Shown: piece after piece, positions 19,270 through 29,301 of the stretch
Position numbering within the stretch: position 1 is the first letter of the stretch
Layout of the letters: the number at the start of each line of letters is the position of its first letter
Assembly: GCA_050916045.1 (NCBI GenBank)
Contig: CP051526.1
Coordinates: forward strand, 3,136,001 to 3,200,000
Origin: Tepidisphaera sp.
GTDB taxonomy: Bacteria; Planctomycetota; Phycisphaerae; Phycisphaerales; UBA1924
Reading direction: 5' to 3'
DNA: 64,000 nucleotides
Translations under genes and position numbers: made by a program
The notes under the pieces: generated by a model
What the model was told of the DNA's origin: nothing
The model's database searches: none
Seen by the model: the letters and a program-made list of their open reading frames with translations, nothing else

Positions 19270-19914
19270 ATGTCGCAACCCCTCCGAGCCGCCGCCCCCG
19301 AATCTGTTCCGGAGACCTCCGCCCCGCGGAAACCCTCCAAAAGCAAGGGGCTCTTGTTCCTCAGTGAATTCCTCCGCTCCCCCTTCCGGACCGGCGCCCT
19401 CCACGAAAGCCCGCCCCGCGTCGCCAAAATGCTCGCCGATGACCTCGGGCTCGAGCAAGCCACCCACGTCGTCGAATTCGGCCCCGGCACCGGCCCGGTG
19501 ACCCGCGAGATCGTGGCCCGAATCCCCCGATCCTGCAATTTCTTCGCGATCGAGAAAAACCCCCGCCTCGCCAAGGTCTTCCGCGAACGCAATCCCGGCG
19601 TTTCGCTCGTGGAAGGATCGATCGAGGGCGTACGCGACTTCGTCGCCCAGCATCAGATGGGCCCGCTCGACGTGGTGGTCAGCTCGGTGCCCTGGATCCT
19701 CCTCCCCAAGCACGTGCAGGAGAAAACGATCCAGGAGACCATCGCCGCGATGCGCCCCGGCGGCCGCTTCAGCATGATCACCTACCGCCACGAACGGCTC
19801 AAGATCGTGCGCAAGTTCATCGACATCATGCGGGCCCACTTCGCCCACGTCGAGCCCATGCACCCGGTCCGAAGCCGCTTCGGACTGGCCTACGTCTATC
19901 GCGCCACGCGATAG
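19270..19914 (+). CDS. SAM-dependent methyltransferase, phospholipid N-methyltransferase (PmtA-like)
   Basis: FLSEFLRSPFRTGA, VVEFGPGTGPVT, VVSSVPW, PGGRF. Confidence 0.82.
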   Translation: MSQPLRAAAPESVPETSAPRKPSKSKGLLFLSEFLRSPFRTGALHESPPRVAKMLADDLGLEQATHVVEFGPGTGPVTREIVARIPRSCNFFAIEKNPRLAKVFRERNPGVSLVEGSIEGVRDFVAQHQMGPLDVVVSSVPWILLPKHVQEKTIQETIAAMRPGGRFSMITYRHERLKIVRKFIDIMRAHFAHVEPMHPVRSRFGLAYVYRATR

Positions 19915-19957
19915 CCGACGCTCTCGACCGACGCGATCCACCGCCGGTATCCACCCC

Positions 19958-21856
19958 TTAGGCCGACCGCACCCAGTCCGACCAGATCGCAAGCACCAGC
20001 AGGTGGTAAAGCCGCTGCCCGTGGTCGACCACGCCCGCATCGTGCTCCGCCAGCAGCGCCGCAACCCGCTCCTGTCGGATCGGCACCGCGTCCGAGAACG
20101 CCCCGAACGCATCAGGACGCATGACCCGCGCGAGCCAAAGCGTCCGCAAGCCCGCGAAATTCGACCGCAGCCACCGGCCGATCGGAATCGCAAACCCCGA
20201 CTTGGGCCCCGCCGCAAACCCGGCCGGCAGCACGCTCGCCGCCGCTTCCCGGAGCAGCCGCTTCCGCCCCGCGTGCTCCGGTGCGGGGTCGGCCGCCCGA
20301 GCTTCAAAGATCTCCCTCGCAAGAAACGGCGCACGCACCTCCAGCGCGACGGCCATCGAAGCGGTGTCAACCTTGCGAAGCAGATCCTCTGCTAGATACG
20401 TCCGCACATCCGCCGCCGACGGGTCAAGCAGCGAAGCCGGGTCGTTCACCCCCTCCGGACCCGCGCACGCCGCGAGCAATCCCCACTGCTTCGCCGGAAA
20501 GATCGCAAGCAGATCCTCGTACCCCCAGCCCCGAGCCGCCTCCGCAAGCCGGGCAAGCCGCGCCCGCTTGGATCGCGGATCCGCCCCGCGACCCACCACG
20601 CTCGGAACCAGCGACACAAGCCCGCGAAACGACCGCAACACAGCCGCCCCGCGATACCGCGCGTACCCGTCAAAAAGCTCATCCGCCCCGTCTCCCGAAA
20701 GCGCCACCGTCACGTGCTCACGCGCCGCACGACTCACCCACGCCGTCGGCAAAAGCGAGCTATCCCCAAGCGGCAAGCCAAGCTGCGGAATCAAGCTCTC
20801 AAGATCCGCGCACGGCGTCGCGTCACAGCCCAGCGTCGTGTGACGCGTCCCAAGGTGCTTCGCGATCTCGGCCGCCCGCGGCGACTCGTCATAACTCGCG
20901 TCGGGCATGCGCACCGTGAACGTGCGAACGTCCGGAGCGTGCCGCTTGGCCGCCGCCGCGATCAGCGGAGAATCGATCCCGCCCGACAGGAAGCAGCCCA
21001 CAGGCACATCCGCAACAAGACGCGCCCGCACCGACCGATCGATCGCGTCAAGCACCGTGCGCGGCTCATCAAGTCGCACGCTCTGACTCCCGCGCGGCTT
21101 GGCGGTCCGCCACGCGGAAACCGCCCACCGCGGCGACCCGCTCGAAAGGTCGAGCTCGGCGATGCCACCCGGCGGAAGCGCCTCGATGCCCTCAAGCGGC
21201 GGCTGAGCCCCGAAACCCATCGACGCCCACATCCGCACGCGCGACGGATCAACCGCGACCCGCAGGTCCGGACGCAGCGAGCGACGGATCGCAACCAGCG
21301 CCGGCACCGTGCTCGCAAACGCGAAACACGTCGCATCGCCGACCGCCAGCCTGGTGAAGTACACCGGCTTCTCCCCCGCCCGATCCCGTGCGAGCGTGAG
21401 CACGTTCGAACGCCCGTCCCACACTGCAAACGCGAACATCCCGTCAAGATCCGGCACGATCGCCGACCGACGGGCAAGCCACCCCATCGCAAGAACCTCG
21501 GTGTCGCTGTGGTCGGACGCAAACGCCAAGCCCGCGCCCGTCAAGTCCCGGCGAAGCTCCGGGTGGTTGTAAATGCACCCGTTGAAGACAACCGCCACCT
21601 GCTCGCGGGGGTCGGCGTTCACCGGCCGCACCATCGGCTGGCCCCCACCCGCCGCGTCCAGGATCGTGAGCCTGCGGTGGGCCAGCGCGACCGTCGCCGC
21701 ACGCCCCGCCAGCTCCACCCTCCGCTCAAGCATCCCCGAGCCGTCCGGCCCGCGGTGGGCGATCGCGATCGACGCGGCATCCAAAGCCGCTCGCGAAGCG
21801 AACGGACCCGGCGGCACGGCCGGCCCGACAAGGATGATCCCGGCGATGCCGCACAT
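19958..21856 (-). CDS. asnB: Asparagine synthase (glutamine-hydrolysing) family amidotransferase
   Basis: N-terminal MCGIAG, HRGPD, HRRL, SDTEV, LSGGIDS, SGDGADELF, LEVRAPFL. Confidence 0.92.
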   Translation of the reverse strand: MCGIAGIILVGPAVPPGPFASRAALDAASIAIAHRGPDGSGMLERRVELAGRAATVALAHRRLTILDAAGGGQPMVRPVNADPREQVAVVFNGCIYNHPELRRDLTGAGLAFASDHSDTEVLAMGWLARRSAIVPDLDGMFAFAVWDGRSNVLTLARDRAGEKPVYFTRLAVGDATCFAFASTVPALVAIRRSLRPDLRVAVDPSRVRMWASMGFGAQPPLEGIEALPPGGIAELDLSSGSPRWAVSAWRTAKPRGSQSVRLDEPRTVLDAIDRSVRARLVADVPVGCFLSGGIDSPLIAAAAKRHAPDVRTFTVRMPDASYDESPRAAEIAKHLGTRHTTLGCDATPCADLESLIPQLGLPLGDSSLLPTAWVSRAAREHVTVALSGDGADELFDGYARYRGAAVLRSFRGLVSLVPSVVGRGADPRSKRARLARLAEAARGWGYEDLLAIFPAKQWGLLAACAGPEGVNDPASLLDPSAADVRTYLAEDLLRKVDTASMAVALEVRAPFLAREIFEARAADPAPEHAGRKRLLREAAASVLPAGFAAGPKSGFAIPIGRWLRSNFAGLRTLWLARVMRPDAFGAFSDAVPIRQERVAALLAEHDAGVVDHGQRLYHLLVLAIWSDWVRSA

Positions 21857-22037
21857 GGCACAGAGAGGGTACGGGCCGGAAAGCAGCCGGAAAAACACGC
21901 GATCGACGGCCCGGAACGTTTCAACTTTCACATCGGGCTAGGCGGACCATCCCCTTCGCGTCATAATGCTCACGAACCGTGAACCCAAGAGCCGCGCCGT
22001 TCGAAGTGATGGCGGGATTCATGCGATGGAGAAGACG

Positions 22038-24773
22038 ATGAAGTCATACCCACGATTGGCTGTTCTGGCATTGCTCCTGGGCGCAGGCGCCGCGTCCGGA
22101 AACGACAACCCCGTCATCATGCAGTGGTTCGAAGCCAAGTGGTCCGATATGGAACGCCGCATCCCCGACTGGTACCTGTCGGGGTACGGGGCCGTCTGGC
22201 TCCCCCCGGCAAGCCGCGCCGGTTCCGTCGGCTCGGCCGGCTACGACGTCTTCGACCGGTTCGACTTCGGCCGGCCGGGCAACGAGACCGCGTACGGGAC
22301 CGATCAGGGCTTCCGAACCGTCATCAATGAGTTCCACCGCGCCAACGGCCTGGTCTACCTCGACTCCATCCTGAACCACAACGGCGCCCGCCAAGGCTCC
22401 GCAGGTTTCCAAGCCGCCGGCGGCTATCCGGGGTTCTGGATGGCGTCCAGCACGCCCCCCGTCGACAAGACGCCCACGAGCAACTGGGGTGACTTCCACA
22501 ACGGCAACGCCAACGGCTACCTCCAGTCGGAGAACCCCAACGGGCCCAACTACGACCAGTACCGCGGCGATCTCGTCGCCCTCATCGACATCGCGCAGGA
22601 ATCCAACAACCAGTTCATCCGCCAGCCCGTGACCCCCGGCGACCCGCTCAACATCCCCGCCGGCACGACGTACAACCTCCCCGACCCGGCCAACCGCCGC
22701 GCGTACCCCGACCGCCAAGCGACGCCGCTCACCTTCACCAATCCCGGAACGCCGCGCACGCCCGGCTCGAACCAGTTCACGGTCTACCCGTTCAACGCGA
22801 GCGACCCGACGACGGGCGACCCCGTGACCGACAACGCGACCGGCCTCCTCATGCGCTGGTCGCAGATGATGGTCGACGTCTACAAGGTCGACGGCTTCCG
22901 CCTCGACGCGATCAAGCACGCTCCCGCGTGGTTCTGGGACACCTTCTACGACTCCTCGGTCTACCAGCGCCGCATCACCCCCGACGGCCGCCGCGTCACG
23001 CCCTTCAGCTTCGGCGAAGCCGTTGAGGGCAACGCCAATATCTACAACCTCTTCGTGCGCAAGGACGGCTTCGGCAACCGCGATGCGCTCGACATCAACG
23101 GCTCGGGCTCCCTCCGCGACCTCGTCAACGCCGGCGGGTTCGGAAACTGGGTCAACGTGCTCGACCAGCACCTCGACAAAGCCGACGACAACGACAACAA
23201 CGGCACGATCGGCGTCAACCACGTCTACTCGCACGACAACGGCACCGTCGGCGACGGCGGGGCCGCCCCGGGCGACCCGACGACCCGCCAGATGGGGTAC
23301 TTCGCCAACGCCTACGTCTTCATGCGTCCGGGCATCACCAAGATCTACCACAACGCCCGCGGGATCTCGCGTCCGGGCGGGTTCTGGCCCCGCAACGGCG
23401 TGCTCACGACCTTGGGCGTGAACCCCGTGACCAACGCGGTGGACCGGACGATCCCGACCCTCGCGTCGCTCCACAACTCCTACGCCCGGGGCACGTGGAA
23501 CGTCCTCAACGGCACCGACACGGTCAACCCAAGCCTCAATGACGTCATCATCTTCGAGCGCCGCGGATGGACGGGCTCGGCGTGGTCGGCGCACGTCCTT
23601 GTCGGCGTGAACGACAGCTACGCCGACGGCATCGACACGCGGAGCGTGCAGACCTCCTTCCCCGCGGGCACGCGGCTGGTCGAGATGACCGGCAACGCGA
23701 ACGACCCGGCCGTGGATCCGACCAACGCGATCCCGAGCATCCTCACCGTCGACGGCTCGGGCCGCGTGCTGATCCCCGTGCCACGCAACCGCGCGAACGG
23801 CGTCGATCACAACAAGGGTTTCGTCGTCTACGGCCTCGCGATCCCTTCGGGGACGCTGGCGGTCACGCCCACCAACGGGCAGCTCGCCGCCGACCCCGTG
23901 AACGCGCCGCGCCAGCGCCGCCGCCACAACGCCATCCCCGTCGTGACCGCGAACACCTTCGAGCTTCAGCTCACCACGACGCACGGCGACCCGGGCGTCG
24001 GGAACAACAACAACGCCGACGACAACGCCGTCTTCCGCTTCAACCAGGGGTTCGTCGACCTCAACGGCAACGGCGTCACCGACATCGACGGCCTCAACTC
24101 CGTCGTCCCGGGGTACGAGCAGTTCGTCACCCAGCGCCAGCCACTCGCGGGCACAAGCAACGCCAACGGCATCTACCGGCAGGTCATCAACGCCGCGTCG
24201 CTGCCCGAGGGCCTCAACTACATCTCCGTCGTGGCGTTCCGCAAACGCGACTCCAACGAGCTCCCCATCTTCCGCGAGTTCCGAAGCGTGATCTACGTCG
24301 ATCGCGTCGGTCCCGCGGGGGCTTTCGTCGATCCCCCCGCCACGGTGAGCACCAACTCGGTCCGGTTCGACGCGCGGGCCGCCGACCGGACCGCGACGCG
24401 AGCCCACACCATCCTGGATCTCCCCCAGGGTGCCGATCCGCTCTCCTCCCAGTACTCGAACGTCCAGACGCTCTGCGTCAAGACCGACCGCTTGGACTAC
24501 TTCCGGACGCTCTCGGGCCTCACCCACGGGTGGCACACCGCCACGCTGACGTTCTTCGAGGAAACCGGCCGCGGATCCGCGCAGACGCACTCCTTCTTCG
24601 TTGATCTCTGCCCGGCGGACTTCAACAACGACGGGTTCCTGGACTTCTTCGACTACGACGATTACGTCATCGCCTACGAAGAAGGCCTGCCCGGCTCGGA
24701 CTTCAACGGCGATGGGTTCACCGACTTCTTCGACTACGACGACTTCGTCGCCGCATTCGAACAGGGCTGCTGA
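22038..24773 (+). CDS. Secreted GH13 alpha-amylase-family glycoside hydrolase with C-terminal GC-type dockerin-like domain
   Basis: Signal peptide; DSILNH, DGFRLDAIKH, FGE, SHD catalytic motifs; C-term CPADFNNDGFLDFFDYDD...FEQGC. Confidence 0.88.
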   Translation: MKSYPRLAVLALLLGAGAASGNDNPVIMQWFEAKWSDMERRIPDWYLSGYGAVWLPPASRAGSVGSAGYDVFDRFDFGRPGNETAYGTDQGFRTVINEFHRANGLVYLDSILNHNGARQGSAGFQAAGGYPGFWMASSTPPVDKTPTSNWGDFHNGNANGYLQSENPNGPNYDQYRGDLVALIDIAQESNNQFIRQPVTPGDPLNIPAGTTYNLPDPANRRAYPDRQATPLTFTNPGTPRTPGSNQFTVYPFNASDPTTGDPVTDNATGLLMRWSQMMVDVYKVDGFRLDAIKHAPAWFWDTFYDSSVYQRRITPDGRRVTPFSFGEAVEGNANIYNLFVRKDGFGNRDALDINGSGSLRDLVNAGGFGNWVNVLDQHLDKADDNDNNGTIGVNHVYSHDNGTVGDGGAAPGDPTTRQMGYFANAYVFMRPGITKIYHNARGISRPGGFWPRNGVLTTLGVNPVTNAVDRTIPTLASLHNSYARGTWNVLNGTDTVNPSLNDVIIFERRGWTGSAWSAHVLVGVNDSYADGIDTRSVQTSFPAGTRLVEMTGNANDPAVDPTNAIPSILTVDGSGRVLIPVPRNRANGVDHNKGFVVYGLAIPSGTLAVTPTNGQLAADPVNAPRQRRRHNAIPVVTANTFELQLTTTHGDPGVGNNNNADDNAVFRFNQGFVDLNGNGVTDIDGLNSVVPGYEQFVTQRQPLAGTSNANGIYRQVINAASLPEGLNYISVVAFRKRDSNELPIFREFRSVIYVDRVGPAGAFVDPPATVSTNSVRFDARAADRTATRAHTILDLPQGADPLSSQYSNVQTLCVKTDRLDYFRTLSGLTHGWHTATLTFFEETGRGSAQTHSFFVDLCPADFNNDGFLDFFDYDDYVIAYEEGLPGSDFNGDGFTDFFDYDDFVAAFEQGC

Positions 24774-24800
24774 AGCCGGACTTTGCTCACCGGGTTCGCG

Positions 24801-25181
24801 TCACGGGCTCACCGCCGGCGCGGGGCTGCTCTTGCTCGACGAGGGCAAGACGCCCGACGTCAGCATCAGCACCCCGCCGACGATCGTCGCGATGCTGAAA
24901 ATGATCGCGATCGCCACGCCGCGCCACACCGGCACGCCGTGTCGATAGCTCAGTTACAGCGCGACGCCGAAGACGTAGAAAATCATCGAGATCGCGATCG
25001 ATTCGAGACTCCCGAACGAAGCCGTCGCCGATTTGACCAGGTTCGACGCCATGCGAGCAACCAGCATCACGCCGAACGCGTCCCAGAAGCCGATATCCGC
25101 CCCGCCCATGTGCTTCACCAAGAGCCGGAAGAAGACCGCGAGCAGGGCGATGAACGCGAATACAACGATGAGCGGTATCAC
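24801..25181 (-). pseudogene. Small multi-pass membrane protein interrupted by an in-frame TAA (24954-24956)
   Basis: The frame continues after the TAA for 50 codons (LSYRHGVPVWRGVAIAIIFSIATIVGGVLMLTSG...), including another TM helix. Confidence 0.6.
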
Positions 25182-25222
25182 GGAGCGATCATTGGCGGCC
25201 GTGCGTGAACCGTCGAATCACC

Positions 25223-26020
25223 TCAGCCGCGGACCTTGTTCGCTTCGGCGATCAGCGTCCGGCAGCGGCTTTCGTCGACGGGATTGGCCCAGAACCCGTC
25301 TCGCTTGATCCAGCTCCCCACGATGAGCGCATCCGCGTGCTGCCAGAGGCTTCCCACGTGGTCCGGAGTGACGCCGCTGCCGACCCAGACGGGAAGCTTG
25401 GTGGCGTTCCGGGCTTCGGCGATATCGGCGGGAGCGGTCGGTTTGCCCGTCGCAGTCCCGGTGATGATGATCCCGTCGGCGCCGAAAAACTCGGCCCCTT
25501 CGACCGCGCCGGCGATCGAGATGTCGGCGGTGATCGCGTGGGAAGCGTGCTTCTTCTTGATGTCGCAGAAGATCTTGATCGACTCGGCCCCGATCGACCG
25601 CCGGTAGCGAAGCAGCGGCCCGGCTTCGGCTCGCTCAAGCAACCCCTCATCGGCGACGTGGGCGAAGACGAAGTTCTCGCAGCGGATAAACGAACCGCCG
25701 GCGGCCTGGGCGATCGCAATCGCTTCCCGTGAGCCGCCGGAAAGAACCTGCACGCCCAGCGGAAGCCACGTCGCGGCGGCCCGGACCGCTTCCGCGGCCC
25801 GCGTCATGGACGCGACAACCTCCGGCCCGTGCTGTCCGTGGACATACGGAGCATCGTGCATGTTCTCCACGATGAGGCCGTCGAACCCGCACGCAGCCAG
25901 CACCTTGGCTTCCTCGGCGGCCTGATGACAAAGCTGGCCGACCGAGAGGCTTGATCGCGGCGACCCGGGGAGAGCCCCGACGTGGACCATGGCGATGAGA
26001 GCTTTGGCTTGGGAGAACAT
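25223..26020 (-). CDS. BtpA/SgcQ family TIM-barrel protein
   Basis: IAMVHVGALPGSP, DGLIVENMHDAPY, DIKKKH, ADGIIITGTATG, VGSGVT; GGAGG SD. Confidence 0.9.
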   Translation of the reverse strand: MFSQAKALIAMVHVGALPGSPRSSLSVGQLCHQAAEEAKVLAACGFDGLIVENMHDAPYVHGQHGPEVVASMTRAAEAVRAAATWLPLGVQVLSGGSREAIAIAQAAGGSFIRCENFVFAHVADEGLLERAEAGPLLRYRRSIGAESIKIFCDIKKKHASHAITADISIAGAVEGAEFFGADGIIITGTATGKPTAPADIAEARNATKLPVWVGSGVTPDHVGSLWQHADALIVGSWIKRDGFWANPVDESRCRTLIAEANKVRG

Positions 26021-26160
26021 CGGACCTCCGAAACGCGTGGCGGATCCCCCGAACCATCCCCGACCAGCGTAGGCGGTGACCGGGCGTGCTCCGGGCCGGT
26101 GTGGTATGCTCCCGACTTGCAACTTTTCCGGGCACCCGGTGCCCGACGAGGAACCATCCG

Positions 26161-28209
26161 ATGACCCAACCTCCCGCCCCCAACGCACCCGCCGGCCGCG
26201 ACGCCGCATTCAACGATTCCGCGATGCGCGGCCTCGGTGACGGCCCCGCCGGTCCGGTCAAGCTCAGCCACCCCAAGGGCCTTCGGGTTCTCTTCCTCAC
26301 GGAAATGTGGGAGCGATTCAGCTACTACGGCATGAAGGCCCTGCTGACGCTCTTCCTGGTGACGGTCGTCGCGGTGGGGTCGCTGAAGGACGGCGTCTAC
26401 TCCAACACGCTCGAGATCACCGAGGTCCGGGCGGAATCAGACGCGAAGGACGCCAAGACGTACGACATCGTGACGCCGATCGAGTACCACGTGCTTGTGG
26501 GTTCCGGAAAGACGGCTCCGGGCGACGCCGCTTCGCCCCCGCCCTTCACCCGCCGATCCGATGAGGCTGGCAAGGAGATCACGGCGCCGGTGACCGACTC
26601 CGGCCGCAGCGCCCTGGTTATCAAGCGCGCCAAGCAGGTCCCCGACCCGACCGACGCCAAGAAGAGAATCTGGGTCGCGGACGACTCCATCCCCATCGCC
26701 GACGTCGTGCTGACGCCCAAAGCGGGCGTCGAGAAGGACCAGACCGCCTTCGAGAACGACGAAACCGCCTACATCATCACCAACCCCACCGACAAGCCCA
26801 TCCGCATCAAAGCCCAGATCGCCCGCGTCAACGACGACTCGCGAACCTACTTCCGCGTCAACGACAGCCCCACCCTCGCCACCGGCGAGGTCAAGCCCGA
26901 CAAAGACATGAAGCCCGGCGATCAGCCCTTCATCGTCCGCGTCGACACCAACAAAGCCGCCAGCGGCATGAACTGGACCAAGGAACGCGCCGGCTCGCTC
27001 ATGGCGTGGTACACCGGCCTCGTCTACCTCACGCCCATCATCGGCGGTCTGCTCGCCGATCGATTCCTCGGAACCCACCGCTGCCTGCTCATCGGCGGCC
27101 TCGTCATCGCCATCGGCCACTTCGTCCTCATGGGCGAGACCGTCCCCACGCTCTACGCCGGCCTGGCCCTCGTGATCATCGGCACCGGCTTCTTCAAGTC
27201 CAACGTCTCCACCATGGTGGGAGAGCTCTATAAAGACGGAGACGGTAGACGAGACGCAGGGTTCACCATTTTCTACATGGGCATCAACCTCGGCGCGTTC
27301 ATCGGCCCGATCATCTGCGGCTGGCTCCGCGTGAACTACAGCTGGTCCCTCGCGTTCGGCGCCGCCGGCTTCGGCATGGTCCTCGGCCTCATCCAGTACA
27401 TGGCGGGCCGGAAGAAGTACCTCTCCGGCATCGGCCTCCCCCCCGCCGAGCGCCGCTCCCTCGCGCAGAACCTCCTCGAGGACAAGCCCCTCACCCGTGA
27501 AGAAAAGCAGCGCATCGGCGTGATCTTCATCATGGCCTTCTTCGTCATCTTCTTCTGGGCCGCCTTCGAGCAGGCCGCCGGCTCGATGGTCTACTTCGGC
27601 GAGGAACGCACCGACCGCTCGCTCCCCTCCTTCCTCTCCTTCCTCGTCGCCGAGCCCGCCCCCGGTCAGGCCCCCTCGTGGCCCGCGGAATGGCTGAACT
27701 CGGTCAACCCGCTCATGATCCTCTGCCTCGCTCCCATCTTCGCGTCGCTCTGGGTCCGCCTCGCCTCCCGCGGCAAGGAGCCCAGCACCCCCGCCAAGTT
27801 CGCCATCGGCCTCATCACCCTCGGCATCGGCTTCCTCTTCATGGTCTTCGCGTCCTTCGCCGGCGAAGGCGGCGTCAAGGTCTCCCCCTTCTGGATCTTC
27901 GGCGCCTTCCTCCTCCACACCTGCGCCGAACTCTGCCTCTCGCCCGTCGGCCTCTCCATGGTCACCAAGCTCGCCCCCGTCAAGCTCGCTTCCATGCTCA
28001 TGGGCGTCTGGTTCGTCTCAAACTTCTTCGCGAACTTCATCGCCGCCCAGCTCTCCGGCTCAGTCGACAAGATCGCCGAAAGCGGGTTCCTCGGAATCCC
28101 CGGATACGCCGGATTCTTCTCGATCTTCGTGATCGCCCCGTGCGCCGCCGGGTTCGTCCTGATCTTCCTCGTGCCCACCCTCAAGAAGATGATGCACGGC
28201 AAGGGCTGA
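26161..28209 (+). CDS. Proton-dependent oligopeptide transporter (POT/PTR, MFS) with large soluble insert
   Basis: HPKGL, EMWERFSYYGM (ExxERFxYY), GTGFFKSNVS, FYMGINLG, AELCLSPVGLS. Confidence 0.93.
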   Translation: MTQPPAPNAPAGRDAAFNDSAMRGLGDGPAGPVKLSHPKGLRVLFLTEMWERFSYYGMKALLTLFLVTVVAVGSLKDGVYSNTLEITEVRAESDAKDAKTYDIVTPIEYHVLVGSGKTAPGDAASPPPFTRRSDEAGKEITAPVTDSGRSALVIKRAKQVPDPTDAKKRIWVADDSIPIADVVLTPKAGVEKDQTAFENDETAYIITNPTDKPIRIKAQIARVNDDSRTYFRVNDSPTLATGEVKPDKDMKPGDQPFIVRVDTNKAASGMNWTKERAGSLMAWYTGLVYLTPIIGGLLADRFLGTHRCLLIGGLVIAIGHFVLMGETVPTLYAGLALVIIGTGFFKSNVSTMVGELYKDGDGRRDAGFTIFYMGINLGAFIGPIICGWLRVNYSWSLAFGAAGFGMVLGLIQYMAGRKKYLSGIGLPPAERRSLAQNLLEDKPLTREEKQRIGVIFIMAFFVIFFWAAFEQAAGSMVYFGEERTDRSLPSFLSFLVAEPAPGQAPSWPAEWLNSVNPLMILCLAPIFASLWVRLASRGKEPSTPAKFAIGLITLGIGFLFMVFASFAGEGGVKVSPFWIFGAFLLHTCAELCLSPVGLSMVTKLAPVKLASMLMGVWFVSNFFANFIAAQLSGSVDKIAESGFLGIPGYAGFFSIFVIAPCAAGFVLIFLVPTLKKMMHGKG

Positions 28210-28236
28210 AACTGACCGCCGCCACCAAAAACAAGA

Positions 28237-28266
28237 AGCCCACGGGTTCCAACCCGTGGGCTCTTT
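28237..28266. terminator. Palindromic hairpin between convergent genes (bidirectional terminator or REP-like)
   Basis: AGCCCACGGGTT-CC-AACCCGTGGGCT flanked by A-rich and T-rich sequence. Confidence 0.65.
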
Positions 28267-28293
28267 CATTTCCAGAACACTCCTCCCCAAACC

Positions 28294-29175
28294 TCACGCC
28301 GCGATCTGCGTCGACCCACTCTGCACGCGCTCGGAGAACCGAACGATCTGCGAAGCCACAAACGCCCGATGCTCCGGCGTCGCAAACTCAAACGACGACC
28401 CGCAGTACGTGTTCTGCTCGCTGTCCAGATGCGTGTGCACCACCTTCGCCGCAAGCGAAAGCGGCACGCCCACCTCCGGCCGAAGATCAATCCGCATCCA
28501 GTACGGCCTCGACGTATCCACGCTGCCCCGTTCGGTCTTGGGCACAAGCAACCCCGCGCCGCCCCCGCCCAGATTCAGCAGCCGTGCCTTGAACATCGGA
28601 CCCACCGTCGGCAGCACCTGATCCATCGGATCAAACCGCCCCAGCTTCCCCGCACGCCGCTCATCCTCAAGCCGCGTCGCAAGTCCCCGCGCGGCAATCT
28701 CCGCCGCAAACACCGTCGACTGATCCAAAAGCGGGAAAACCTCCACCTCCGGCAGGTTCAGCGATGCCGTCGACACACGCATGAACTCGCGACGCATGCA
28801 CCGCTCCACCGCTTGCGGCATCGCGATCGTGAGCGCCGAAGCCCCCGGCCCCACCCGCGAAGGAACCCGCGCCGTCCCAAGCACCGGCGCTCGGAACATC
28901 CACCGGTTCTGCCCCACCACCAAAGCGACCGTCAGCATCGTCCCCGTCGGGATCGGCACCGACTGGTTCAGCGTCATCGGCGTCTCAAGCAGAATCTGAG
29001 CGTCCGTCAGCCCAAGAATGCGCACACGCCACACCAGGTCCACCCCGCGCGGCGAACCCGGCGGAAGGTCCACACCCTCCCCGCGACTCACCGCGATCTC
29101 AAGACCGCCGTTGCGCTCATAAATCTGGTGGAGGCATTCACGCCAGCGTTCTGTTCTGGACCGATGTGCGGGCAT
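28294..29175 (-). CDS. PilZ-domain (YcgR/flagellar-brake-like) protein
   Basis: RxxxR motif (RREFMRV), NLGGGG variant of D/NxSxxG, AKVVH...CGSSF C-terminal barrel. Confidence 0.7.
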   Translation of the reverse strand: MPAHRSRTERWRECLHQIYERNGGLEIAVSRGEGVDLPPGSPRGVDLVWRVRILGLTDAQILLETPMTLNQSVPIPTGTMLTVALVVGQNRWMFRAPVLGTARVPSRVGPGASALTIAMPQAVERCMRREFMRVSTASLNLPEVEVFPLLDQSTVFAAEIAARGLATRLEDERRAGKLGRFDPMDQVLPTVGPMFKARLLNLGGGGAGLLVPKTERGSVDTSRPYWMRIDLRPEVGVPLSLAAKVVHTHLDSEQNTYCGSSFEFATPEHRAFVASQIVRFSERVQSGSTQIAA

Positions 29176-29301
29176 CTGTGGTTTCCTTGTGGAATCGGGA
29201 CGCAGAAACATCGACGCCCCGCGCGCCCGCCTTGAACCCGTGGTTTACGCCGGGAATCCACCCTATCCCTACAGCCGCTTCAAACCCACCTCTCCTCCGC
29301 G

